Shown: positions 13,667-26,298 of the stretch, piece after piece | How the letters are laid out: each line of letters begins with the position of its first letter | Position numbering within the stretch: position 1 is the first letter of the stretch | Assembly: GCA_043228905.1 (NCBI GenBank) | Contig: JBHGNT010000062.1 | Coordinates: forward strand, 1 to 64,000 | DNA from: Azolla caroliniana | Taxonomy: Eukaryota; Plantae; Polypodiophyta | DNA length: 64,000 bases | Reading direction: 5' to 3' | Notes under the pieces: model-generated | Told to the model about the DNA's origin: nothing | The model's input: the letters and a program-made list of their open reading frames with translations, nothing else | Databases searched by the model: none | Program-made: the position numbers and the translations under genes

Positions 13667-14151
13667 TGTTGAAATCAAGCTCAACCTAGTCTAGTGTGTG
13701 AACACACCTTTGAGAATCTATGGGCAGTCAAAGATCAAGAGTCACACCACTCTTATAGATTAACTATGTGTCATATAATCATATTCTATGACACATAACT
13801 AATGAGTTCCGTATTCCCCATGACTATAAGTCTTTACGTTCCTCAAGGTTCTAGAGAGAGAGTGGACGTTGTAGTGAGTTAATGAAGAGCGAGGGTGACC
13901 TTATATAAAGCACCCTCCTCCTACTTCATACTAAGTCGGTTATGACTCCTTGTAATGCTACATTTTACAATTCATATTCTTGTTGTGAATATACATCTTC
14001 TTCTTCTTGAGTATTCTATTTTCCATTCTATACAATCTATCTTGTGTTTCTCTTCTCTTTTGTGTTTCCTCTCACACATACACATAACACACATCTCTAA
14101 CCTCTTCCACTGCACAAGAATCATATCCGATTCTTTACATGGTATCAGAGC
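13667..14151 (+). mobile_element. LTR (13667-14139) plus tRNA-iMet PBS of a truncated element
   Basis: TG..CA termini, TATATAAA at about 13902, TGGTATCAGAGC at 14140-14151. Only ~85 bp of internal sequence follows. Left end less certain. Confidence 0.7.
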
Positions 14152-14236
14152 GGTTTGGTAGCTTGATCTAGGCCATCTGTGTGTGTTGTGTTCTACACCG
14201 AAGTTAATGAAGAACCGACACATCGCTATCGTAGTG

Positions 14237-14281
14237 CAACGCCAGTCTTAAGCCTCCTAGTTATTCTTGTATCATCTCTCT

Positions 14282-14312
<31 letters not shown>

Positions 14313-14339
14313 GTGAGTCTTACACACTCCCTTCCTCTT
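14237..14339 (+). mobile_element. R/U5 part of a self-priming gypsy LTR, continuing at 24574 after the Copia A insertion
   Basis: Joining 14237-14339 to 24574-24643 reproduces the reverse complement of the LTR at 26160-26360. Confidence 0.85.
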
Positions 14340-14419
14340 TGTTGGGTACAAGGTCGTTAGTGCGGAAGAACAAATATCTGTGATGTTGAAGGACCTGTGT
14401 ATGAGAATGAACAAGATAC

Positions 14420-14463
<44 letters not shown>

Positions 14464-14669
14464 GCACAAAGAAATGTTTTATTTCTTAATAGTAATAGTT
14501 ACAAATGACAACCAACTCATCACTAAAGCTTACAAAGTCACTTTATATAGTGACTATCCTAGGGCAACTGCCCTTTATGCTATTTACAGAAATAGCCCAA
14601 ACTGTTAGGAAGCAGGTCCCTCCGGATGGGAAGTGAGAAGAACAGTACTGATATCGGCCTCGGCCGAAA

Positions 14670-14900
14670 CCGGATGTGGAGTACCCAACCACGGAAGATC
14701 CGGTCAGAACTGGATGTGGAGTACCCGGCAACAGAAGACCCGGTGAGACCGGATGACGATTACCTGGCAAGAGCCGGATGGTGAAGACCCGGTGAGAATC
14801 GGATGACGAGTACCCGGCAATGGAAGACCCGGTGAGAACCGGATGACAAGTACCCGGCAAGAGCCGGATGGTGAAGACCCGGTGAGAAGTGCTCACCGGA
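14670..14900 (+). repeat. U3 tandem array of ~40/50-bp units in the Copia B LTR (also 18948-19070)
   Basis: Unit CCGGATGNNNAGTACCCGGCAA(NG or GAGCCGGATGGT)GAAGACCCGGTGAGAA, about 5 copies. Confidence 0.85.
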
Positions 14901-15079
14901 TGAAGGGACATATTCGTAAATATGTTTTCTGAGAGTCCATCGGGGCTATATTTGTAAATAGCCGAAAATTCCTATTAGTATGAATATGAGTTGGGGCAAA
15001 CTCAGTATATATAGTTTTGTAGTGGTTGTTGTCATTCTTGTTGGCGCAAGATTAGAGGGCAACAGTGTATAGAGAGACA

Positions 15080-15111
<32 letters not shown>

Positions 15112-15415
15112 TGAAGAGTTCGTATCTTTGTTGTAACCGCCGCCTGTGGCAAAGACAGTGAACAAGAGGTCGTTGCCTCTGTGTTCATCTATTGTACATT
15201 GTTACATAGTGATAGTTAGTAGTCAGTGGACTGTCATGGTTTTTCCCGTGTTTGGGTTTTCCACGTAAACATCCTGTGTACTCTTCTCTCCATTGTGTCG
15301 TGCATTCATCTCCCGCTTTTCTGTGTTTGATCCTAGACTCAGTTGTGGCCGAGCGTTGTTCATCGGGAGCGTGTAGTTCCTGACAAAGTGGTATCAGAGC
15401 GAAACGACACAGAAA

Positions 15416-18400
15416 ATGGACGAATCGTTGGGAGGCATGTTCAAGCTCACCGGCTCCAACTATTCGGTGTGGAAGTCGAAGATGAGGGACATGCTCGTGG
15501 TTAAAGATCTTTGGTTGCCGGTCCAGTTCAGGGACAAGAGACCAGACAAAATCGACGCCACGATATGGGAGGTGATGCACATGAAGACAACGGCGTACTT
15601 ACAGTGCTTCATCGACATGCTTTTCTACAATAACTTCAATGAAGAGAGCAAGGCTCATGAGCTCTGGGAGAAGATCGGCATTATGTTTCAAAACAAAAAT
15701 GTTGTTAATCAGGTTTCAGTATTTCGGAAGCTAGTAAGACTCCGGTACCAAGATGGCTCCAGCATGGCAGAGCACATGAATGCCTTCCAGAGGCTGATCC
15801 ACCAGGCAACATCATTGGAAGTACCTCTCGCCGATGAGGTACTAGCGCTACTCCTACTCGGTTCCCTTCCAGATAGCTGGGAGATGTTGGTTGTCACTTT
15901 GGGCAACGCAGGGCCGGAAGGGAAACGGTTATCCCTAGCAAGAGTGAAGTCGAGCTTGCTTGATGAGGAGGCGCGTTGGAAAGATAAGGATACGAGTTCC
16001 AACTCCAAAGCGCTCCTTACCGAATCGGAATGCGGAAGACAAAGGAACCGTAGCCCCCAGAACCGGGAAAAGTCAGGGACACGGTCAAAGTGAAGGGGGA
16101 GGCTACTTGCTTCTATTGCGGCAAGCCGGAACACTTCCAGAAGAACTGTTGGCACTTCCGAAAAGACAAGGAAACCGACGGTACCGATTCGAAGCGAACA
16201 CCGAACCGGAACGGTAAAGGCCGGAGCGGGCCGGACTGGAAGGGAACGACGTCAATCGCGGCAAGTGAAGAAGAGTTGATGCTCATCACCAAGCAGAGTG
16301 AGCTAAACCTTGCCGACGACGAGATGACCTGGGTGGTCGACTCTGGAGCGTCGTTCCACCTTACCCCGGACCGGAAATGCTTCGCATCCTACTCAGCCGG
16401 TGATCACGGCTGTGTTCGGATGGGGAATGAAGGTACATGCCGAATTGTCGGCATAGGAGACGTGTGCTTGACAACACCAACCGGTTGCAAGTTGCTGCTG
16501 AAGGATGTCCGACACGTTCCGGAGGTTCGTCTGAACCTGATATCAGCTGGTCGGCTAGATGATGAAGGCTACACGGGTAGCATCTGGAACGGTGCTATGA
16601 AGTTCAGCAAAGGGAGCCTGATTATGGCTCGGGCCTGGAAGGTCAACACGTTGTACCTGATGAATGCCCGGTTATGCCCGGAAGAAGTGAACGTGGCATC
16701 CGACACTGTCGGTGAGCTGTGGCACAAGAGGTTGTGTCACATGAGCTTGAAGGGGATGAAGAGGCTTGCAGATGACAACCTCATTCCAGTGAAGAACGTG
16801 CACTTGGAGAAGTGCACTGATTGTCTGGCCGGTAAACAAAACCGAACCTCCTTCCGATCGAGGCCACCGATGAGACGTAATGCACCACTAGAGTTGGTGC
16901 ATACTGATGTATGTCAAATGGACACGAAGTCACATGCCGGATCGCAGTACTTCGTGACATTCATAGATGACCACAGTCGGAAGCTGTGGGCCACACCGTT
17001 GAAGACGAAGGATTAGGTGTTATCCGTCTTCAAAGACCTCCACGCAAGAGTGGAAAGAGAAACCGGCCGGAAGCTGAAGGCGGTTCAAGCAGATAACGGA
17101 GGTGAATACCGGGGGCAATTTGAGGAGTATTGTCGCTCGAAGGGAATCCAGCTCGAATTTACCGTGCCGAAGACGCCGGAACTAAACGGGCTGGCTGAGA
17201 GGATGAACCGGACCATAATGGAGAGGGTCCGGAGTATGCTGGCGCATGCAAAACTACCCAAGAAGTTTTGGGCTGAGGCACTATCGACGGCGACATATGT
17301 GATAAACAGATCACCCTTAGTACCCTTGGACGGAGACACGCCACAGAGAGTCTGGACCGGTAAGGAAGTGTCCTACCGGCATCTGAAGGTATTCGGGTGT
17401 CTTGCGTATGTGCATGTAGCTAAGGACCAGAGAGAAAAACTAGATCTGAAGACCCGGCCATGCATATTCCTCGGTTACGGCGACGATGAGTTCGGCTACT
17501 GAGTGTGGGACCTGGTCGACAAGAAGGTATTCCGGAGTCGAGATATTATCTTCATGGAGGACAAGACCCTTGCCGACTGGGAGTCGGAGAAGAAGATAAT
17601 GAACTCCAATGAGATTCGGACACACCCGGCTAAGAGCCGGTTGACACTCGAGGAACCAGCTGGTTACAGTGAGGATACCAAACCGGAAGAAGAAGAAGTA
17701 GAGGAAGCTGAAACCGGAACCGGCCAAGATCCCGAATCGGATTCGGATGAAGAGCGAATGGAGGAGACGGTTTTCGAAGCCCAAAGACGGAGATATCCTC
17801 TCAGAGAGAGAAGGGCCCCCCGGAGATTTCCGGATGCAGAGCATGTGCTGCTAATCGATGAGGGGGAGCCAGAAAGCTTCGAAGAAGCGAAGGATCACAC
17901 CCACAGCCGCAAATAGTTAAGTGCCATGCAGGATGAGATGGATTCCCTGCACGAGAACCATACGTACGAATTGGTGGAATTGCCGAAAGGAAAGCGAGCA
18001 CTCCGAAACAAGTGGGTGTACAAGTTGAAACCGGGAGATGCCGGGAACAGCCCGAGATACAAAGCCAGGATCGTGGTGAAGGGGTTCCAGAAGAAGAAGG
18101 GCGTGGACTTCGATGAGATATTTGCCCCGGTAGTAAAGATGACCTCCATCCGGACGGTGCTAAGTATAACGGCAAGCATGGACCTCGAGGTAGAGCAGCT
18201 AGACGTGAAGACGACATTCCTTCACGGTGACCTCGAAGAGGAGATCTACATGCAGCAACCAGAAGGATTTGTGGAGAAAGGGAAGGAGCACCTGGTTTGC
18301 CGGTTGAAGAAGAGCCTATACGGACTGAAGCAGGCTCCTCGATAATGGTACCGGAAGTTCGATTCCTTCATGGCCGATCAAGGGTACCACAAGACGCAGG

Positions 18401-18950
18401 CCGATCACTGCGTGTTTGTGAAGAAGTTCGAAGGAGGCGACTTCTTGATACTCCTTCTGTACGTGGATGACATGTTGATCGTCGGACAGAACCAAGCCAG
18501 AATAGGGATGCTTAAGAAGGCTCTTAACCAAACTTTCGCGATGAAAGACTTGGGTCCGACAAGACAGATGATGGGGATGCATATCAACCGGAACCGGCAA
18601 ACGAAGCAATTGTGGCTGTCATAGGAAAATTACGTGACAAAGGTGCTTCAATGGTTCAACATGTTAGAAGCAAAACCGGTCAGATCGACACTCCCGACAA
18701 ACTGCAGATTATTCGGTAAGCAAAGCCCGAAGACGAAAGCAGAGAAGGCTGATATGATGAAGGTTCCATATGCCTCTGCCATCGGGAGCTTAATGTACGC
18801 AGTGGTATGTACCCGACCGGATATAGGATATGCAGTCGGAGTGGTGAGCCGGTTTATGAGCAATCCCGGCAAGGAGCACTGGAATGTGGTAAAATGGATA
18901 CTCTGGTATTTGAACGGCACCTCAAATATGTGTCTCCGATTCGGCTCTGG
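15416..18950 (+). pseudogene. Copia B gag-pol, disrupted
   Basis: ORFs 15416-16093, 16090-17016, 17017-17502, 17503-17916, 17926-18345, 18370-18624 and 18634-18975 are colinear with intact Copia C. Confidence 0.93.
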
Positions 18951-19791
18951 TGAAGACCCGGTGAGAACCGGATGACAAGTACCCGGCAACGGAAGACCCA
19001 GTGAGAACCGGATGACGAGTACCCGGCAAGAGCCGGATGGTGAAGACCCGGTGAGAAGTGCTCACCGGATGAAGGGACATATTCGTAAATATGTTTTCTG
19101 AGAGTCTATCGGGGGTATATTTGTAAATAGCCGAAAATTCATATTAGCATAAATATGACTTGGGGCAAACTCAGTATATATAGTTTTGTAGTGGTTGTTG
19201 TCATTCTTGTTGGCGCAAGATTAGAGGGCAACAGTGTATAGAGAGAGAGAGAGAGAGAGAGATGAAGTGTTCGTATCTTTGTTATAACCGCCGCCTGTGG
19301 CGAAGACAGTGAACAAGAGGTCGTTGCCTCTGTGTTCATCTATTGTACATTGTTACATAGTGATGGTTAGCAGTCAGTGGACTGCTGTGGTTTCTCCCGT
19401 GTTTGGTTTTTCCACGTAAACATCATGTGTACGCTTCTCTCCATTGTGTCGTGCATTCATCTCCCGCTTTTCTGTGTTTGATCCTAGACTCGGTTGTGGC
19501 CGAGTGTTGTTCATCGGGAGCGTGTAGTTCCTGACACAAACTTGGGTTGTCCAAAGGGATAATGTGAATACGGCCATTATTCACTCGCATTCGACACTCC
19601 TCCGTAATAGGTGTATACATGGGTTATCTGAAATTACAGGTATATACAAGGTTTATCGGACAGATCGGTTTTGTTCGAGTCGGCAAGATCTGAAGACAGA
19701 AGACCGAACCGATCGGGTCGGAAGAGCTGAAGCCGATCCTCAAAGAACAGATGTTGGTTGTCCGAAACCATCCTTTGCTGTGTGTCCGACT

Positions 19792-22700
19792 TTAACCGGA
19801 CCGATTTTTCGTTACACCCAAATGGTGCCGAAGGGACCGGAAGCGATCCGTCGGAAGACACTTGGTCATTCCATCTGCGACATTATCGATTGTGGATATC
19901 TTCTCGAGACCGATTTTCCCTGAAATGACGCAGTCCCGAACAAAGTGATATCGAACGTCGATATGCGTGGAGGCGTTGTGGTGAACTGGATTTTTTGACA
20001 AGGCAATAACACCCTGACTGTCACTGTAGACAACTAGAGCCGAGTCGAAGTCGACTTGTCGAAACGTGTGCGGCAACTGACCGAGCCATAAAGCTTCTTT
20101 TGCCGCGTCGGACGCAACTACATATTCCGCTTCAATCGCTGAGGTGGCTTTGCACTCCTGAAGTTTCAACTTCCGTGAGATTGCTCCATTGCCGAATTTG
20201 AAACAATATCCGGTTCTTGATTTCCGACTGTCCACGTAGCCAACGAAGTCCGAGTCGGTGTAACAGACTACGACTGAGGTTGAGTTTGGGCCAAAAAGAA
20301 TGTTGTGGTCTTTTGTGCCAGCTAGATGTCTAAACACATGCTTGACTGCATTCCAATGCGATCGGCCTGGGTTGTGTATGAATCTGCTGACGACTCCTAT
20401 GACGTGAGAAATATCAGGTTGTGTCGGGACCATCGCGTACATAAGGGAGCCGACTGCCGGTGCATACGGTACCGACTTCATATCTTCCCACTCCGAACCA
20501 AATGTCGGGCAGTCTTGCTGAGACAACCGAAGGTGAATGGGGAGTGGGGTCAAAGCAGACTTGGCCGAGTGCATGTTGAAGTGTTCCAAGACACGTTCGA
20601 TGTAGTCAGTTTGAGACAAGAAAAGTTGTCGTTTAGTGCGATGCCGACTAATCTTCATACCAAGTATGTATCTTGCCGGACCAAGGTCCTTCATGGCAAA
20701 CTTCAACCGCAGTTTTTGAACGAGTTCAGTGAGCTCTTCGGCATGTCGGCCAGAGAGTAGCATGTCGTCCACGTAAATGATGAGGAAGACGGGAGACCCA
20801 TCTTGAGCTATTTTGGTGAAGAGACAGTGGTCCTCATCGCTCTTAGAGAAGCCGGCCGACTGGATGAAGTCGTCGAACTTCTTCTACCACTGTCGGGGTG
20901 CCTGTTTCAGGCCGTATAAACTCTTCCTGAGTCGGCAAACTAGATGTTCCTGACCGGATGCCACAAAGCCTTTCGGCTGCTCCATATAGATTTCCTCCTG
21001 TAGGTCACCGTGGAAGAATACCGTTTTTACATCTAGCTGAATCAACTCCAAGTTGTCGGCGGCCACGACGCCGAGCATGAAACAAAGGGTTGTCATTTTC
21101 ACCACTGGTGAAAAGATTTCGTCGAAGTTGACGCCATATTCTTGTCGAAATCCCTTCGCAACTAATCTAGCCTTGTACTTTGGGTTGGTCGAGTTGGACG
21201 TCTCTTTTAGTCGATAGGCCCACTTACACGGAAGAGCACATCGATTCTTCGGTAATTCGACCAAGTCCCAAGTCTTGTTTGTGCGAATGGAGTGCATTTC
21301 CGACTCCATCGCCAGATGCCAGGTGGCCATGTCGGTAGACGTCAGTTCACCGATGTCGATAAAGAAAATTCCGGGAGAGTACCTTTTTGGAGGTTGCGAC
21401 AGTCTCTTGGATCTTCGAGGTATGACTGGACTGGTCGCATCGGGTATAGGTGTCGGATGATTGGAAGCCGAGCCACTCGGTTGTGCTGAATTGGTGGATT
21501 CAGGATGGGAGGTGTCGGTTACCTGTGAAACCGATCTCGTGTTGTGGGTTGGGCCTTCATGAAGGGTTGGCACTTCGGAAAATATTACCCTTCGGACTTC
21601 AATAGGCCTTTCGGCCGTTTTATGCATAGTCGACTTGTTGAACACAACGTCCGAACTTCGAACGATTTGTCTATGCTCGGGGTCCCAGAGTCGGTATCTG
21701 ATCTCGCCATCGGATCCATATCCAAGGAAAACGCATTTCCTTGATCTTGGTTCGAGTTTCCGGTGGTCGTTGTTTGGTATGAGGGCATATGCCTCGCAGT
21801 CGAAGATCCTCAACTTGTCATAATTCGGCTTACTCCCGGTCCATGTTTCCTGAGGTATTTTAAGTCCTAGAGATCTATTTGGCGACATATTTATTATGTT
21901 TACTGCCGTAAGTAGAGCCTCCGCCCATAAGCCATCCGACAGTCCGGAGTGTTGGAGCATGGATACTATGCGTTCTTGAATCGTCTGATTCATGCGTCCA
22001 GCAATTCCGTTCATCTCCGGACTATAGGGTGCCGTATATTCATGTCGAATGCCGCGTTCCAGGAAAAATTTGACAAATTCGTCAAACTTGAATTCTCCTC
22101 CATTATCGGTTCGAAGACATTTTAGTTTCCGATCGGTCTGGTTTTCGACCATTGCAAGCCATTTGGAGAAGATCGAGAACACCCGATCTTTGGTTCTAAT
22201 GGGGTAAGCCCAAACCTTCCGAGTCCAGTTGTCAATAAAACTGACGAAGTACGAAGCACCGCCGAGAGACTGATGTGGCATCGGGCCACAGACATCCAAG
22301 TGGACCAAATCGAGGGGACTCGATTCTCTTGGTGCTGATGTCGGGTGTGATGCAGCTACATGTTTGTTGTATTGGCAATGCTCAGAGAATTGGTGATCCA
22401 AGAAGGAGAGATTGGGGATGTAACCGGCTCTAGATACGTGCGTTATGCCAGCCTTGCTGAGGTGTCTAAGTCATCCGTGCCATAACGATGACACGGAGAT
22501 ATCAACCAAAAATAAGTCACCCTCTTTGAGTGTGACATATAAAGGGTACAAAGAGTGTACCTTTGGTCCTCGAGCAAGTAGGAGGTTCCCTTTGTGGAGT
22601 ATCCACCCTCCTGATGAGAACCCAACACGGATGTTGGCTTCGTCAAGTTGTCCGACTGAGATCAAGGGTCTTGAAAGCTCAGGAACGTGTCGGACGTTGT

Positions 22701-23746
22701 GTAATACAAGTGTAGAGCCACCTAGAAAGTTGAGCTCTATGGTGCCGATTCCGATTATGGCACAGTGTTGTGAGTTCCCGACTCGAACTAAATCGGAGTG
22801 CCGGTCCGAGTATTGTCGAAACTGAGATCGGTGAGGTGTCACATGATACGATGCGCCTGAGTCCAGGACCCATGTGCGCAACTCCTCAGTCGTAAGCAAA
22901 ACTTCTGATTCAACTGGATTCTCTATGGACAGTATGTTCGGGTTGGTTGTTAAAATTTCGTCTGAAGAGCCGACGTAGTTGACCTCCTCATGCCGGCTAT
23001 TCTTTTGATCCGCTCTCTGAGCTTTGTCGGTTTTTGCTTTGAGTGTCCGGAAATTAGCTTTGATGTGTCCTAGTTTCTTGCAGTAGTTGCAGATTCGGTT
23101 GTCCCGGGACTTGCTCCGGCTTCGCTGATTGTTCGGTGGTCGGGAAGAACTTCTTCCCCGGTTGTTGGATCGGTCGGTCGAACCTTGTACTACGTAAGCT
23201 TCATCTGCCGAGTCTTTGGCAAAAGACTTTCTCCGAGTTGCTTCAGTCAGGATTGCGCTCGTGATTTCAGAGTACTTAATGGAAGTTGTTGAAGCATTGT
23301 GCACGGTTGTGATGAAAGTTTCCCAAGTGGAGGGGAGACTACTCATCAATATCATTGCTCTGAGTTTATCCTCTATTGTCGTCCCCTGAGACGATATTTC
23401 GGAGCTTAGGCTTTCGTACTCGTTGAGGTGTGCCTGAACCGAATCGGATTCTTTCATCCGCAAGTTGTAGAGGCGCCGGATCAGATACATCTTTGTCACG
23501 ACGACCTTCTTTTCATAAGTTTTCGACAGTGTTTTCCAAAGTTCAAATGTTGTCGTGCATGATTGCATTGTGAAGTACACTGACTCCGGCAAGTGCATCC
23601 GAATCGTGGCGCGGATTTTCATTCTCAATCGGGTCTATCTGACCTTTGACTATGAGATAGTCCTGCATTTGTTCCTTCCAAAAGTTGAAGTTCGAACCGT
23701 CGAGCCTCCTTAGACTCATCTCCGATGAGCCAGATGTTGATGCCAT
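19792..23746 (-). pseudogene. Copia A gag-pol (Gag, zinc knuckle, PR, IN, RT, RH), disrupted
   Basis: ORFs 23543-23746, 22471-23628 (WVLDSGASYH), 20884-22401 (LVHLDVCGP, RTDNGGEF, LYGLKQAPRQW) and 19792-20772 (YTDSD, HIDVRYHFVR). Confidence 0.93.
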
Positions 23747-24568
23747 CTTATTCGGTTTCGGTTGGTAAGACTCTATTCAGAGTTGACTAGGAACCTTAGT
23801 GGGGTGTAGCGGGTCGGCTGACCCGATATCGTTTTAGTCGGTCTTGAACCCGAGTCGGTTTGGTTTCGGATACTTGTTTGTTGAACCTTCTTGGAGTGAC
23901 TCCGGTTAGCTTCCGATTTTATGCCAAATACCGATCACAAGAAACTGATTGTTTAGGCCGATTTTGCTTCGGATGACTGCAGCGATGAGAGGGACGGATC
24001 CAATTGAGCCTCCCGAATGTCGATCAGCCGAATGAAGAATGAATTTGGTTATTGCTTGGAGACCAATCTCAAGTGGTTACAATCACAGGAACAGAGTACA
24101 ACCAGCTAGCTTACTCCAATTAGTGATCTAACACGGTGAGATGCAGACTTCTTGTTTGTCTTCTCTCTTGTTTGCTCTTCAAGAGAAACAGAAACAAAAT
24201 GTTGGGTGGTGTACTATGACGGCCGGCAGCGGGTTGAAGAACCTCCAATGCTCTGATACCAAATGTTGGGTACAAGGTCGCCAGTGCGGAAGAACAAACA
24301 ACATCTGTGATGTTGAAGGACCTGTGTATGAGAATGAACAAGATACATAGAGAGAGAGAGAGAGAGAGAGATAGGCACAAAGAAACATTTTATTTCTTAA
24401 TAGCAATTGTTACAAATGACAACCAACTCATCACTAAAGGTTACAAAGTCACTATATATAGTGACTATCCTAGGGCAACTGCCCTTTATGCTATTTATAG
24501 AAATAGCCCAAACTTAGGTTGTCCAAAGGGATAGTGTGAATACGGCCATTATTCACTCGCATTCGACA

Positions 24569-26159
24569 CTCTTAGTACTAATCCTCATAGTACTTCCTTG
24601 TCTAGTACTAATTCTCTCTCTATTTTTAGTACTATTCTTGACACTTTGAACCGAATTTAGTCATCCTCTTATCCCCCCTTCCCTTGATATTAATCCTCTT
24701 ATCCTCCCTAGTAAATGGCAACTGTTAGCGCTCAAGAATACCAATTTGTTTTCTCGGAGCTCCAGTGCTTAAAAGAGAAGTTTGTAGCACCACAACAAAA
24801 AAATCACCGTCTGTTGGGGGATCCTTATCAAATAGCTCTAGAAAAACAATATAGGGAGTTCATGTTACGTGTGCAACAACTTGAAGCAACTATTGTATCA
24901 TTACAACAACAAGGATCAAGCACTCAAGGGACTCACATAGAACCCAAGATCGTTCTTCCTATGAAATATGATGGAACCTGATCACAGTTTAGAGGTTTTC
25001 TTAATCAGGTACGTTTAGTGATTCAAATGCATCCTTTTCGATATCCCACCGATGCATCACGAGTGGGACTAGTAGGCACGCTACTTAGTGGCATGGATTT
25101 GGCATGGTTCGCCCCCCCCCCATGTTAGAAAAAAGCTAGAGAAGTGTAGTTTTGATTGTAGCTAGGTGGAATTTCTCGGCTACATCATTTCCTCGAAAGG
25201 CATCTCTATGGATCTGGCTAAAGTCCAAATTGTGCTAGAGTAGTAGACTTCTAGGATTTGCAAACTTCTATCACAAGTTTATACAAGACTACTCAAAGCT
25301 TATTTTCCCGCTCACACAGTTTACAAAGAAGGGTCAATCGTTTGTTTGGTCTAAGGAAGCGAACACGGCTTCTAAGGGTCTCAAGAAAGCATTTACATCG
25401 GCTCCTATTTTAGCTCATGTTGATCCACAAAAACCATTTATCATGGAGGCAGACACGTTAGATTTCGCCCTAGGTAGTATTTTATCATAACAAGGCGGCG
25501 ATGAGAAGCTACATCCCTTGGTGTTTCACTCACGCAAATTTGGCACCGCTAAACTCAACTATGAGATACATGACAAGGAGCTATTAGCAACAATGAACTC
25601 TTTTGCACAATGGAGGCATTGTTTAGAAGGATCTCCTCATCAAGTCACTATATTAAGTGATCAGAAGAATCTTGCCTTCTTTCAGAATGCTCGCGTGTTA
25701 AATAGACGACAAGCTCGGTGGGCCCAATTCCTCACTCATTTTGATTTTAAGATTACATATAGTCTGGGCAAGCAACAGGGGAAGGTAGATGCATTATCAC
25801 GACGCTTGTATATAGCTCCTCATCCCGGTGCTCCAACCTTTGACAATCAAAAGCAAGTAATCCTGGGACTAACACGACTTCAAGCAACGGGGGTCTTTGA
25901 CACTCCATTGGATTCCTGCATTATCAATACCATACGTGAAGATTTAAAGACAGATGTTTTCGCTCAAGCTATTCTACATCAAATCAATTCTTTTCGGGCA
26001 TCTTGTTCATGATCACAACAACCAGGTATAAATTATCAACAATTCTAATGTCATAATGGATTACTCTTCATTAAGAAACTCTTGTATGTTCCCAATGGTT
26101 CGTGCCGCCTTCGAATAGTACAAAATTGTCATGATACATATACAGCCAGACATTTTGGT
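24569..26159 (+). mobile_element. Self-priming Ty3/gypsy (Tcn1/Tf1-like) copy 1: LTR end, PBS, gag start, deleted pol (RT remnant, RNase H, start of IN)
   Basis: LTR ends TTGACA at 24643. PBS TTGAACCGAATT at 24646-24657. gag from 24715 (EPKIVLPMKYDGT). [35 protein letters not shown] near 26130. Confidence 0.85.
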
Positions 26160-26243
26160 AGTACTAAAAACAAAGAGAGAATTAATACTTGAGAGGGAAA
26201 GTACTATGAGGATTAGTACTAAAAGGAAGGGACTGTGCAAGAC

Positions 26244-26298
<55 letters not shown>

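Larger units (their letters stand above)
14603..19536 (+). mobile_element. Copia B (Tork/Tnt1-like), 5-bp TSD CAAAC, with RNase H, PPT and start of the 3' LTR deleted
   Basis: 5' LTR 14603-15385. PBS TGGTATCAGAGC 15389-15400. Partial 3' LTR about 18948-19536. TSD at 14598-14602 and 19537-19541. Confidence 0.95.
14340..24568 (-). mobile_element. Copia A (Tork-like), full length but degenerate, 5-bp TSD CTCTT
   Basis: 5' LTR 24264-24568. 3' LTR 14340-14602 plus 19542-19596. iMet PBS 24250-24261. PPT complement CTCCTCC at 19597. TSD at 14335-14339 and 24569-24573. Confidence 0.95.

Noticed and set aside
14670-14900. CRISPR-like repeat array
   Set aside because: Units are head-to-tail without unique spacers, lie in a copia U3 and recur in the paired LTR. 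No cas genes, and the context is eukaryotic.
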